The notes under the pieces are model-generated. The model did no database searches. It had not been told where the DNA came from and saw nothing but the letters and a program-made list of their open reading frames with translations. The translations under genes and the position numbers were made by a program. From Deltaproteobacteria bacterium (GTDB taxonomy: Bacteria > Myxococcota > Myxococcia > SLRQ01), in NCBI GenBank assembly GCA_007130885.1, contig SLRQ01000020.1:20236-84235 (forward strand): a DNA stretch of 64,000 nucleotides, in the 5' to 3' direction. This document shows, in pieces, positions 36,700 to 45,838 of the stretch. Every line of letters begins with the position of its first letter. Within the stretch, counting starts at the first letter, position 1.

Positions 36700-36810
36700 G
36701 GGATGCAGTGTAGCCTGCATTTTTCGCCGCGCGGAAGTCCGCCGCCCAAGCGGAGTGAATAGGAAGCGGCCATGAGCGGTTTGGTGGGCGGCGGCGCCGA
36801 CGGCCCAAAG

Positions 36811-36833
36811 CGATATCCCTAACCGATATCCCT
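36811..36833 (+). promoter_or_regulatory. Direct repeat upstream of aor
   Basis: CGATATCCCT-aac-CGATATCCCT. Confidence 0.3.
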
Positions 36834-36937
36834 TCACTCCGGTGCCGTTTCTGATACCCTGCCGGGCGCCGCGTGCGAGTGCACGGACCGGCTCGGCTTC
36901 ATTCACTCTAAACCTTAAAGAGAGGAGGCTAGTTGCC

Positions 36938-39079
36938 ATGCAGGGACCTACGTTCAAGGAGATAGGAGCCTTTGGCTATAATCGAGCCGAGGTCGACCGG
37001 GGTTACACGGATCAAGTGCTCTCCGTGAATCTCTCCAACTCCGAGATCGTGACGAAGCCGGTGGATGAGCGGATTCGTAAGGTCTTCGTGGGTGGCAAGG
37101 GTTACGACCTGTGGCTGCTGTGGAACGCGGTGAAGCCCACCACCAAATGGGATGATCCCGAAAACGCCGTCTGTATAGCGTGCGGCCCCATGGGCGGAAC
37201 TACTAACTATCCGGGCTCGGGCAAGAGCATAGTCTCCACCATCTCTCCTCTCACCAGCGCGCCGATCGACTCCAACGTCGGCGGCTTCTTTGGGCCATAC
37301 CTCAAGTTCTCGGGCTTCGATGCGCTCGAGGTTACCGGCAAGGCCGAGAAAGAGGTCGTGGTCGTAATCGACGGCGTCGATGAGAAAGTGAAAATCATCG
37401 AGTGCTCCGGCCTTCCGGAGGACTCCTACGAGACCTCTAGGATCCTTACCGAGCACTTTGGTGATGGTAAGCCTCGAGAGATCTCCGTCGTCTCCGCGGG
37501 TCAAGGAGCCAAGAACACCCTGATTGGCTGCCTGAACTTCACATGGTTCGACTCCGCCAGAAAGAGGGTCCGGTACAAGCAGGCGGGCAGGGGCGGAATC
37601 GGGACGGTGTTCACGAACAAGAACATCAAGGCGATCGTGGCCCGTTGGGACAAAGTGACCTTGAGGTCCAACCGTCCCGCGGACGAGAAGTCGCTGAAGG
37701 AGGTGGGCAAGGCTCACTCCACGGAGATAGTGCAGCTCGATCCGAAGCAGCACGAGATGGCGGTGCTTGGCACGACCCATCTCGTCACCATCATGGACGA
37801 CTATGATCTTCTTCCAACGAACAACTTCCGCTACGGCCGGCATCCGGAAGCCGCGAACCTAGGTCAGGAAGTCTACCGCCGCCTCTTCGACAAGGGCTTC
37901 GATGGTTGCTGGGTCGGATGCACGGTGGCTTGCGCTCACGGCATTAAGGACTTCGTGCCCTTCACCGGTCCGTTCAAGGGACAGAAGGTGTTCGTCGACG
38001 GCCCGGAGTACGAGACCATCGCCGGTTGTGGCTCCAACCTCGGTATTTTCGATCCGTTCACCGTCGCCGAGTTCAACTTCTACTGCGACGCATACGGAAT
38101 CGACACCATCTCCTTCGGCACCGCCCTGGCTTTCGTAATGGAATGCTTCGAGATGGGGCTGATCAACAAGGAGCATACCGGAGGGCTGGATCTGTCATTC
38201 GGTAACAGGCTGTCCGCTCTCGAAGTGCTTCACCAGATGGGTAGAGGCGAAGGCTTTGGGAAGATCGTCGGTCAGGGCATTCGAAGGATGAAGAAGATCT
38301 TCGCCTCCGAGTTCGGTGCCGATGCCGCGACCATGCAGGACATAGGCATGGAAGCCAAGGGGCTCGAGTTCTCCGAGTACATTACAAAGGAGTCTCTAGC
38401 CCAGCAGGGCGGCTACGGGCTTGCGCTGAAGGGGCCGCAGCACGACGAGGCTTGGCTCATCTTCCTCGATATGGTTCACGGCTACATGCCGACCTTCGAG
38501 AAGAAGGCCGAAGCACTTCACTGGTTCCCGATGTTCAGGACTTGGTTCAGCCTTTGCGGACTGTGCAAGCTGCCTTGGAACGACATAGTCCCCGAGGACA
38601 ACAAGGACACCGAGGAGCCGGCCAAGGTGATGCAGCACGTCGAGTGGTACGCGAAGTACTTCAGTGCCGTAACCGGACGGGAGACGACGCCCGAAGGCCT
38701 CATCACCATGAGCGAGACGGTTTACAACTTCCAGCGCATCTTCAACCTGAAGATGGGGTTTGGAGACCGAGCGAACGACGATATTCCTTACCGAGCCGTG
38801 GGCCCGGTCACCGAGGACGAGTACGAGTCGCGCAGGGAGCGGTACGACAAGCAGCTCGTCGAGGAGCACGAAGTCGACATCGCCGGCAAGAGCACGGCCG
38901 AGAAGCTGGCGATTCTACGCAAGCATCGCGAAAAGAGGTACGAGATTCTCAAGGACTCGGTTTACGCCCGTCGAGGATGGACAAAGGACGGCATCCCGAC
39001 GCTGAAGACGGTGAAGCGTCTCGGTATCGACTTCCCTGACGTGCTCGAGCTCTTGGAGTCCAAGGGCGTTCGTGAATGA
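36938..39079 (+). CDS. aor: Aldehyde:ferredoxin oxidoreductase (W/Mo bis-pterin, AOR family)
   Basis: GGKGY, SPLT...DSNVGG.FG.YLKFSGFD, AGRGGIG, CWVGCTVAC, GPEYET, D.YGIDTIS.G, GLCK; RBS GAGGAGG. Confidence 0.92.
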   Translation: MQGPTFKEIGAFGYNRAEVDRGYTDQVLSVNLSNSEIVTKPVDERIRKVFVGGKGYDLWLLWNAVKPTTKWDDPENAVCIACGPMGGTTNYPGSGKSIVSTISPLTSAPIDSNVGGFFGPYLKFSGFDALEVTGKAEKEVVVVIDGVDEKVKIIECSGLPEDSYETSRILTEHFGDGKPREISVVSAGQGAKNTLIGCLNFTWFDSARKRVRYKQAGRGGIGTVFTNKNIKAIVARWDKVTLRSNRPADEKSLKEVGKAHSTEIVQLDPKQHEMAVLGTTHLVTIMDDYDLLPTNNFRYGRHPEAANLGQEVYRRLFDKGFDGCWVGCTVACAHGIKDFVPFTGPFKGQKVFVDGPEYETIAGCGSNLGIFDPFTVAEFNFYCDAYGIDTISFGTALAFVMECFEMGLINKEHTGGLDLSFGNRLSALEVLHQMGRGEGFGKIVGQGIRRMKKIFASEFGADAATMQDIGMEAKGLEFSEYITKESLAQQGGYGLALKGPQHDEAWLIFLDMVHGYMPTFEKKAEALHWFPMFRTWFSLCGLCKLPWNDIVPEDNKDTEEPAKVMQHVEWYAKYFSAVTGRETTPEGLITMSETVYNFQRIFNLKMGFGDRANDDIPYRAVGPVTEDEYESRRERYDKQLVEEHEVDIAGKSTAEKLAILRKHREKRYEILKDSVYARRGWTKDGIPTLKTVKRLGIDFPDVLELLESKGVRE

Positions 39080-39273
39080 TCAAGGTGAAGGACAGGAAGA
39101 TCCCCTGGCGGGAGGGTATGACAGTCGCTGATGTTCTTTCGGAAATAGGCGATCCCTATCCTTATGCGGTCGTCCGCGTGAACGAAAAATCGGTGTCCAG
39201 ACCCGACTTCGAGCGGACGACCGTCCCGGATGGCGCGGAGGTCTACCCCATTCCCATGGTAGCCGGGGGATGA
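39076..39273 (+). CDS. MoaD/ThiS-family sulfur carrier protein
   Basis: Ubiquitin-like size, C-terminal PMVAGG; ATGA overlap with aor. Confidence 0.9.
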   Translation: MIKVKDRKIPWREGMTVADVLSEIGDPYPYAVVRVNEKSVSRPDFERTTVPDGAEVYPIPMVAGG

Positions 39274-39312
39274 GCCTGTCTCGGGCCTAAATCGGAAATC
39301 ATGATTCTGGAT

Positions 39313-39331
39313 CCACGCCTCGCGGGCGTGG
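39313..39331. terminator. GC hairpin between convergent genes
   Basis: CCACGCC-tcgcg-GGCGTGG; no U-tract. Confidence 0.35.
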
Positions 39332-39360
39332 CACGCGCGTCTGCTGCGTCAATCTCCGGT

Positions 39361-41889
39361 TTAGTCCGGGGTTTCCGGCCACCGGTGACGCGGGTAGCGG
39401 CGGGACAGCCCGCGTCGTATGTCCGGATAATGTCTTTCCCAGAATCCCGCCAGGTCTCGAGTTACCTGTACCGCCCGGTTGTTCGGCGCCAACAGGTGCA
39501 CAACGAGGGGGAGTCGACCTCCGCCTATACGAGGGGTCTCTCGAAGACCGAAGAAGTCCTGAATGCGAGACGCGACGTAAGGTGCTCCGCCGGCCGGATA
39601 GCGCACTGGTGCTCTTCGGCGGCCTGGAAGCTCGATGTGCGTAGGTGCTAGATCGTCGAGCCGAAGTCGGGCCGGCCATGACAGCGGAGCCAAGATGGAA
39701 TCGACGAGCCCGGAGGTGGTCAGCTCATCGAAGCTGCCGTGCCCTTCGCAAAGCCTGGTCACGGCGTCGTCTAGAGCCACTTCGTCGAGCAAGGGATAGC
39801 CCGCCTTTGGGTCGGCTTCGGCTGCGATCCTTAGTCTTCCGGCTAGATTTTCCATGACATCCGTATTTGCAAAGGCCGAAAGACCCGCTTTTTTTGCCTG
39901 CTCTGAAAGGAGCCTCCACGTTTCGGGATGATCTCGGGCGGGCTCCCGGCTTTCCATCAGTACGGCTTCTCCAAAGGTCAACCGCGAGTGTGCATCTACG
40001 CGCCTTTTCTTGGCGTTCCAGGTTACATCCAGTCTCTCTTTCAGCTTTTCCGGGAAAACGTCGATCAGCCAATCAGACTCGATGGAGGAGGCCAGATGGA
40101 CTAGCACCGATTTTCCGCTGCGCATGGCGTCGACGGCGACGAGCCAGTCAGCTTCACGGACGACGCTCGTTGGGGCCGGCCGAACCTCTCCTCCCTCGGC
40201 CAGAACGAACGCCGGCTTCCCCGGCCGGCGGCGGCGGGCTACTCGGTCCGGCCAGGCGCTCAGTACGCAAAGCCGAAGCTCTGCTTCCTGCTCGGTCGTA
40301 AGTGACGTGTCCCAGCGGGCGGAGCGAGGCTTGCAAAGCTGCTCGGCGGCTCGAACCACAGTTTGAGCGGCGCCGAAGTCGAGGCCAAGCCGCCGGCAAA
40401 TGCCGGGGTTGAGCCGAGAGCCGCCGGCTTCCATTAATCGGTCGCGGCGCTCCAGAAGATCGCAAGGTCCGCTGGTTGTTGCCTCTCTTGCCGTCAGGTC
40501 CCTACCTCTAGCCAGTATGTCCCGCTCTCCTGCAATGGCAGCGAGGACGCATGCCGGCCCGAAGACGTCTCGGCGGGATGCCTCCACCAGCAATCGGCCT
40601 TGGCGCGGGTGCACTGGAAGCTTGGCCATCTCCTTGCCGGTGGGTGTGACGACCCCCTTGTCGGTGATTGCACCAAGCTCTCTCAATAGCTTTCGCGCCG
40701 CTTCGAGAGCCGCTTCGGGAGGACGATCGAGCCAGGGAAGAGCGGCTGGATCTTCTACTCCCGCGGACGCCGAAACGAGCCATAACTCCGACAAATCCGT
40801 TCGGACTATCTCCGGAGATATGTGCTCCGGCCTTCCATGTAGGTCGTGCTGGGAGTACAGACGAATGCAGCGGCCGGGCGCCACTCGTCCTGCCCGGCCG
40901 GCGCGTTGGGTCGCGGAAGAGCGGGATATGGATCGAACCTCCAGGCTGGGCAAGCCTGACCAGGGCGAATGCGAGGCAACGCGCTCGAGGCCGCTATCGA
41001 TTACCGTGGTCACCGAGGGGATGGTGATGGATGTTTCAGCTACATTGGTAGCTAGAATGACCTTTCGGCGTTCCCCTCGTCGAACAGCTTGGTCTTGCTC
41101 GGCGGCCGGAAGAGTTCCGTGAAGGGGGAAGAGGTCGAGGTTCTTCTCCTTCGCGAAGGTTGCAAGAGCCTCGCGGGTGCGTCTTATCTCGGCGGCTCCT
41201 GGAAGGAAGACCAGGATGTCGCCGGAGGCCGGCTCGGCGGCTCCTCGTCCCTTTATGGCTCCTCGCACCGCCGCGGCTACACGTTCAGAAAGGGGGCGCT
41301 CGTTCTGGTGGGGTGCATGCTCGATATCCACGTGGTGCAAGCGGCCTTGGCTTCTAATCACAGGGGCGCCGCCGAGATGGTCGGCAATGGAATCGGTCTC
41401 TAGAGTCGCGGACATGATGACGATTTTGAGGTCCGGCCGGACTCCTTGCTTCAGAGAGCACGCGGCCGCAAGAGCGAAGTCGCTTTGAAGGTGCCTTTCG
41501 TGGAACTCGTCGAGCACGAGGATGGAGACCCCGGCGAGGGTGGGATCGCGGGCGAAGCGGCGCATGAAGATCCCCTCCGTCACATATCGCAAGCGCGTGT
41601 CCGGCCCTCCCACGTCCTCTAGGCGAACCCGGTAACCCACAGTGCCTCCCGGCTTCTCTCCAATCTCCTCCGCGACTCGTGCGGCCGCCAGGCGTGCCGC
41701 GATTCGGCGCGGTTCGAGAACCCAGACCTCTTCACCGCCCGCGAGATCCAGCAGAGCCGGCGGCACGCGGGTCGTCTTACCCGCCCCGGGCTTTGCTTGG
41801 AGAACGAGTCTGCCGTCATCACCCACCGCGCGGACGATCCCCGGGAGGAGGGAATCTATCGGCAAGTCTACTGGGAATGCCTTTGCCAT
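39361..41889 (-). CDS. hrpB: ATP-dependent RNA helicase HrpB
   Basis: PGAGKTTRVP, DEFHER, MSAT, ATNVAETSITIP, QRAGRAGR, C-terminal LLAPNNRAVQVTRDL..FW...YP....RYPRHRWP. Confidence 0.95.
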   Translation of the reverse strand: MAKAFPVDLPIDSLLPGIVRAVGDDGRLVLQAKPGAGKTTRVPPALLDLAGGEEVWVLEPRRIAARLAAARVAEEIGEKPGGTVGYRVRLEDVGGPDTRLRYVTEGIFMRRFARDPTLAGVSILVLDEFHERHLQSDFALAAACSLKQGVRPDLKIVIMSATLETDSIADHLGGAPVIRSQGRLHHVDIEHAPHQNERPLSERVAAAVRGAIKGRGAAEPASGDILVFLPGAAEIRRTREALATFAKEKNLDLFPLHGTLPAAEQDQAVRRGERRKVILATNVAETSITIPSVTTVIDSGLERVASHSPWSGLPSLEVRSISRSSATQRAGRAGRVAPGRCIRLYSQHDLHGRPEHISPEIVRTDLSELWLVSASAGVEDPAALPWLDRPPEAALEAARKLLRELGAITDKGVVTPTGKEMAKLPVHPRQGRLLVEASRRDVFGPACVLAAIAGERDILARGRDLTAREATTSGPCDLLERRDRLMEAGGSRLNPGICRRLGLDFGAAQTVVRAAEQLCKPRSARWDTSLTTEQEAELRLCVLSAWPDRVARRRRPGKPAFVLAEGGEVRPAPTSVVREADWLVAVDAMRSGKSVLVHLASSIESDWLIDVFPEKLKERLDVTWNAKKRRVDAHSRLTFGEAVLMESREPARDHPETWRLLSEQAKKAGLSAFANTDVMENLAGRLRIAAEADPKAGYPLLDEVALDDAVTRLCEGHGSFDELTTSGLVDSILAPLSWPARLRLDDLAPTHIELPGRRRAPVRYPAGGAPYVASRIQDFFGLRETPRIGGGRLPLVVHLLAPNNRAVQVTRDLAGFWERHYPDIRRGLSRRYPRHRWPETPD

Positions 41890-42002
41890 CGGAGTGGATC
41901 TAATACCACGTCGCCGATCGTCGCCACGTTGGAGTCGGAGGCGAAGATCGCATATCAAGGGCATCCACGGTTACCGGCTGATCAGGTCGAAGGCGAGAGT
42001 CA

Positions 42003-43397
42003 GTGAAAGAGCAAGGTGAGCAAACCTCCAGGGGAATGACCGGCAAGAAGGCCGTTTTGTTTACCGTTACCACCACCGCCTTCCTGATCCCCTTCATGGG
42101 CTCCTCCGTAAACGTTGCTCTTCCCCATATCGCCGCTGATCTGGATATGGATGCGGTACTGCTCAGTTGGGTGGCCGCGGCCTATCTGCTCTCGGCGGCG
42201 GTGTTCCTCGTGCCGGTCGGTAGAATTGCCGACATTCATGGCCGAAAGAAGGTCTACGTCTATGGCATCGTGGTGTTCACGACGTTCTCGTTTCTTTCGG
42301 GCATTGCGTCGTCACCAGCGGCGCTCATAGCGTTTCGCTTTGCGCAGGGCATAGGTTCAGCCATGGTGTTCGGGACGGGCACGGCGCTGCTGACCGCCGT
42401 ATTCCCTCGAGGGTATCTTGGCCGTGCTCTGGGGATCACCGTGGCCGCCGTGTACATCGGGTTATCGGCCGGGCCCTTGTTGGGTGGCCTGCTTACGGAG
42501 CACATCGGGTGGCGCAGCATTTTTCTCGCTGTGGTTCCGCTGGGAATGTCGGCATTCGTGCTGGCGGTCTTACGCCTCGATCATGACGAGGTCGAGGCAA
42601 AGGGCGAGAGCTTCGATCTCGGTGGCTCAGTCGTTTACAGCATGGCGCTGATGTTTCTGATTTTGGGTTTCTCCCGGCTTCCGGAGATGTTGGGTCTCTG
42701 GCTCGTTGCAGCGGGTTTTGCTGGGACAGGATTTTTTCTCTGGTGGGAATCAAGGCAAAGAAACCCCGTCCTAGACATCGACATGATTCGATCCAACAGA
42801 GTGTTCGCGCTTTCCAACCTCGCGGCACTCATCAGCTACAGCGCTACCTTCGCCGTAGTTTTCATGATGAGCCTCTACCTGCAATACATAAAAGGGCTCA
42901 CACCCCAGAACGCCGGCTTCATTCTAGTCTGTCAACCAGTGGTCATGGCCTTGTTCTCACCGTTCGCGGGCAAGCTTTCCGACCGGATCGAGCCTAGGAT
43001 CGTGGCTTCCGCCGGCATGGCCATGACGACAGTGGGCCTGATCATGCTCGCCTTTCTGGATGGGAACAGCTCACTCGGCTTCGTGGTCATGGGCCTGGCC
43101 GTGTTGGGCATGGGAATCGCTTTCTTCTCCTCCCCCAACACCAACGCGGTGATGAGCTCCGTTGACAGTCGTCACTATGGTTTCGCGGCGGGAATGGTGG
43201 GAACCATGAGGCTGGTAGGCCAGGTAATGAGCATGGCTATGGCGATGATGGCGCTCTCTGTGTTCATCGGTCGTTCTCGGATTACACCGGAGCACTACTC
43301 TGGGTTTGTCGATGCGATGACCGTGGCCTTTTTCGTGTTCGCCGTCTTGTGTTTCGTCGGTATGTTCGCTTCGCTTGCGCGCGGCAAGCTAAGATGA
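42003..43397 (+). CDS. MFS transporter (DHA2, 14-TM)
   Basis: GSSVNVALP, motif A GRIADIHGRKK, GPLLGG, FSSPNTNAVM. Confidence 0.92.
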   Translation: MKEQGEQTSRGMTGKKAVLFTVTTTAFLIPFMGSSVNVALPHIAADLDMDAVLLSWVAAAYLLSAAVFLVPVGRIADIHGRKKVYVYGIVVFTTFSFLSGIASSPAALIAFRFAQGIGSAMVFGTGTALLTAVFPRGYLGRALGITVAAVYIGLSAGPLLGGLLTEHIGWRSIFLAVVPLGMSAFVLAVLRLDHDEVEAKGESFDLGGSVVYSMALMFLILGFSRLPEMLGLWLVAAGFAGTGFFLWWESRQRNPVLDIDMIRSNRVFALSNLAALISYSATFAVVFMMSLYLQYIKGLTPQNAGFILVCQPVVMALFSPFAGKLSDRIEPRIVASAGMAMTTVGLIMLAFLDGNSSLGFVVMGLAVLGMGIAFFSSPNTNAVMSSVDSRHYGFAAGMVGTMRLVGQVMSMAMAMMALSVFIGRSRITPEHYSGFVDAMTVAFFVFAVLCFVGMFASLARGKLR

Positions 43398-43410
43398 TTC
43401 TTCCTGTTCG

Positions 43411-44403
43411 CTACCACTTGGCATAGTGGTCTTCCACGAAGCCCGGGCAGTTCTTGACTATTATCCGCTCCCCGTCGTCTTGGTGCAGTGTTCCGTCGAA
43501 AACACCTACGATCTGGGAGAATCGCGAGGAAATCAGCATCGCCGTCATCTTCTCTTCCCTTCGACCTTCGGGATGGAAGGTGAGGTTTACCTTTCCGTCT
43601 TGAGAGGTGATGCGCCAAACACGCATCAGGTCACGGCGATCGAAGACGAAATCCACGGTGTCGATCTTGGTGCGAGCGGAATCGACCCAGAAAGCGTTCT
43701 CGGTGAAGCTGGTTTCGTTGACACCACACGAAAGGTTGAGGCCGAGCGTCTTGCCGTCCGGTAGAGTCGATGCCGTGGATGCCCAGTTCCAGAAGGTCTC
43801 GCGTCTCAAGAAGCCGCAGGTCCAGTCCGTAAGAGCCATGTAGGAAGGAGAGGTCAGATCGATCTTCTCGCCGTGCAGGGATACCGAGCCCGTCAGCGGT
43901 ACCGGCGTCGTCTTCTGGGTGTAAGTCCAGCCGCGATAGCCGGTTCTGGTGCAAATCCGAAGCGGCTTTGCCTGATCGAGTGCAAGCTCCGCCGAAATCT
44001 CAAAGTCGTCCGCGCGGGCGGAGATGCGCCCTCTTTCCATTTCGATGGACAGAGAAGATGAGGAGAAAGCGCTCTTGCCCGTTTCGGGGTAGGGGTCGAT
44101 GACAGCGCCGCGACCGCCTTTTTGAATCTTTCGAGCCTCCGTCATCCGACCGGTTCTTCTGTCGTGGATGTAGGCAAACCCGCTTCCCAGGTATCCCAGA
44201 TCTATCACCGCCATCCCGATGATCAGCTCCGGGCCGATGATGCCGAGGAAATGAAACTGCTTCGCCAGTGCAGAGCTCATGGCGCGAGGAACGGGCAGCC
44301 CCATGGGCGTCTCCAGCCTGTAATCCTTGTAGTTGACCTCATCGATCCTATCCTCGTACAGGCCGAAGGTTATGGAACCGGTATCGTCCACGAGACGCTT
44401 CAT
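43411..44403 (-). CDS. DUF2804 family protein
   Basis: KQFHF, YTQK, DWTCG..RRET.WNWAS, LNLSCGVNET, EN.FW. Confidence 0.85.
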   Translation of the reverse strand: MKRLVDDTGSITFGLYEDRIDEVNYKDYRLETPMGLPVPRAMSSALAKQFHFLGIIGPELIIGMAVIDLGYLGSGFAYIHDRRTGRMTEARKIQKGGRGAVIDPYPETGKSAFSSSSLSIEMERGRISARADDFEISAELALDQAKPLRICTRTGYRGWTYTQKTTPVPLTGSVSLHGEKIDLTSPSYMALTDWTCGFLRRETFWNWASTASTLPDGKTLGLNLSCGVNETSFTENAFWVDSARTKIDTVDFVFDRRDLMRVWRITSQDGKVNLTFHPEGRREEKMTAMLISSRFSQIVGVFDGTLHQDDGERIIVKNCPGFVEDHYAKW

Positions 44404-44497
44404 GCTGAGCCTCCTAGCGCTTGCAGCTTTGCTGATGTGTTCAGCGGCGCCCATGGGCCGGGCACCTTGCTTTAGATTTAGATATTGGTCGGTGGGG

Positions 44498-45814
44498 TTA
44501 CAACCCGTACTCGCGAAGCTTGTAGACGAGGTTGCGGCGACTTATGCCCAGCAGCTTCGCGGCATGGGTCTTGTTGCCGCCGGTCTTCTCGAGAGCCTCG
44601 AGAATCGCGTGACGTTGTATTGTCTGCATGTCGCCGACAAGGACCGACCCGCCGGGCTGGGGTGGCGGCGCGTTTCGTGGCTGAGGCGGAAGATCTTCCG
44701 GGAGGATTAAGGAGCCATCGACCATTATGGAGGCGCGCTCGAGGGCGTTCTTCAGCTCGCGCACGTTTCCAGGCCAGTCGTAGCCGACAAGCGCCCGCTC
44801 AGCCGCCCAAGATAGCCGGAGTCGTCTCTCGGCCAGAAGACGTTCAGCCAGCGGCAGGATGTCGTCTCGGCGCTCCCTCAGTGGGGGAATGTCTATCGCC
44901 ACGACATTGATGCGATAGTAGAGATCTTCGCGAAATGCTCCCTCCTTGACGGCTTCCTCCAAGGGGCGGTTGGTGGCGGCAAGCACTCGGACGTCGAGTG
45001 TCAGCTCCCTCGATCCCCCGACACGCCGGAGTGTTCCACTTTCAAGGATGTGTAGCAGCTTCGGTTGCAGCGACAGAGGCAGCTCACCTACCTCGTCGAG
45101 GAAGATCGTACCGCCGTCGGCTTCCTCGAACCGTCCTTTTCTGAGGCAGTCAGCACCGGTGAAGGCGCCCCTTTCATGCCCGAACAGCTCGCTCTCGATC
45201 AGCGTTTCGGGCAGGGCCCCGCAGTTGACTCTTACGAGCGCGCCATCCGCCCTCGAGCTTGATTGGTGAATGAAGGTGGCTACTACGTCCTTGCCGACCC
45301 CGCTCTCCCCGAGGAGAAGAACACCGGCATCGGTTTTCGCTGCTCGAGCGGCTTGAGACAACACTTGTTTCATCGCGTTGCTCTCCGCGACTATCCATGG
45401 AGGCGTTTCCAGCGGCCCGGTTGTGCCGACAGGCCGGCCGGGTGAATCCAGTATGTCGTCTATGGCCACGATCAGCTCGTCCAGATCGATTGGCTTTTCC
45501 AGATAATCGCGCGCGCCGCTCTTGATCGCGTCGACCGCATCCTTCAAGTCTATGTAGGCGGTCAGCAAGATCACCGGCAAGGAGGGGTGCTCGGCGATTA
45601 TCCTTCGTAAAGCTTCGAGGCCCGAGATCCCCGGCAAGCGCACGTCGAGAAGCATGAGGTGACAGCCGCCCGCCGCTTCAACTGCTTCTTCGCCGGTGGA
45701 GCAGGAAATCGGGCGGTAGCCTGCCTGCAACAGGGCGTTCTCTATCACTTGACGTTGGCCCGGATCGTCGTCGACCACGGCTATTGTTTGCTTGCTTTGC
45801 GGCATGCTCATCAT
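44498..45814 (-). CDS. Sigma54-dependent response regulator (NtrC/ZraR type)
   Basis: REC (VVDDD, LLDVRLPG), GESGVGK, ESELFGHERGAFTGA, FLDEVGE, AATN, WPGNVREL, Fis HTH. Confidence 0.95.
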   Translation of the reverse strand: MMSMPQSKQTIAVVDDDPGQRQVIENALLQAGYRPISCSTGEEAVEAAGGCHLMLLDVRLPGISGLEALRRIIAEHPSLPVILLTAYIDLKDAVDAIKSGARDYLEKPIDLDELIVAIDDILDSPGRPVGTTGPLETPPWIVAESNAMKQVLSQAARAAKTDAGVLLLGESGVGKDVVATFIHQSSSRADGALVRVNCGALPETLIESELFGHERGAFTGADCLRKGRFEEADGGTIFLDEVGELPLSLQPKLLHILESGTLRRVGGSRELTLDVRVLAATNRPLEEAVKEGAFREDLYYRINVVAIDIPPLRERRDDILPLAERLLAERRLRLSWAAERALVGYDWPGNVRELKNALERASIMVDGSLILPEDLPPQPRNAPPPQPGGSVLVGDMQTIQRHAILEALEKTGGNKTHAAKLLGISRRNLVYKLREYGL

Positions 45815-45838
45815 CGAGTAGGGCGCGTATAGTCTTTT

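Noticed and set aside
36700-36937. Moco/Tuco riboswitch upstream of aor
   Set aside because: No recognisable conserved core by eye; an Rfam scan would be needed to exclude it formally
37545-37555. tRNA T-arm-like GGTTCGACTCC
   Set aside because: It lies inside the aor coding frame (TWFDSA) with no cloverleaf around it
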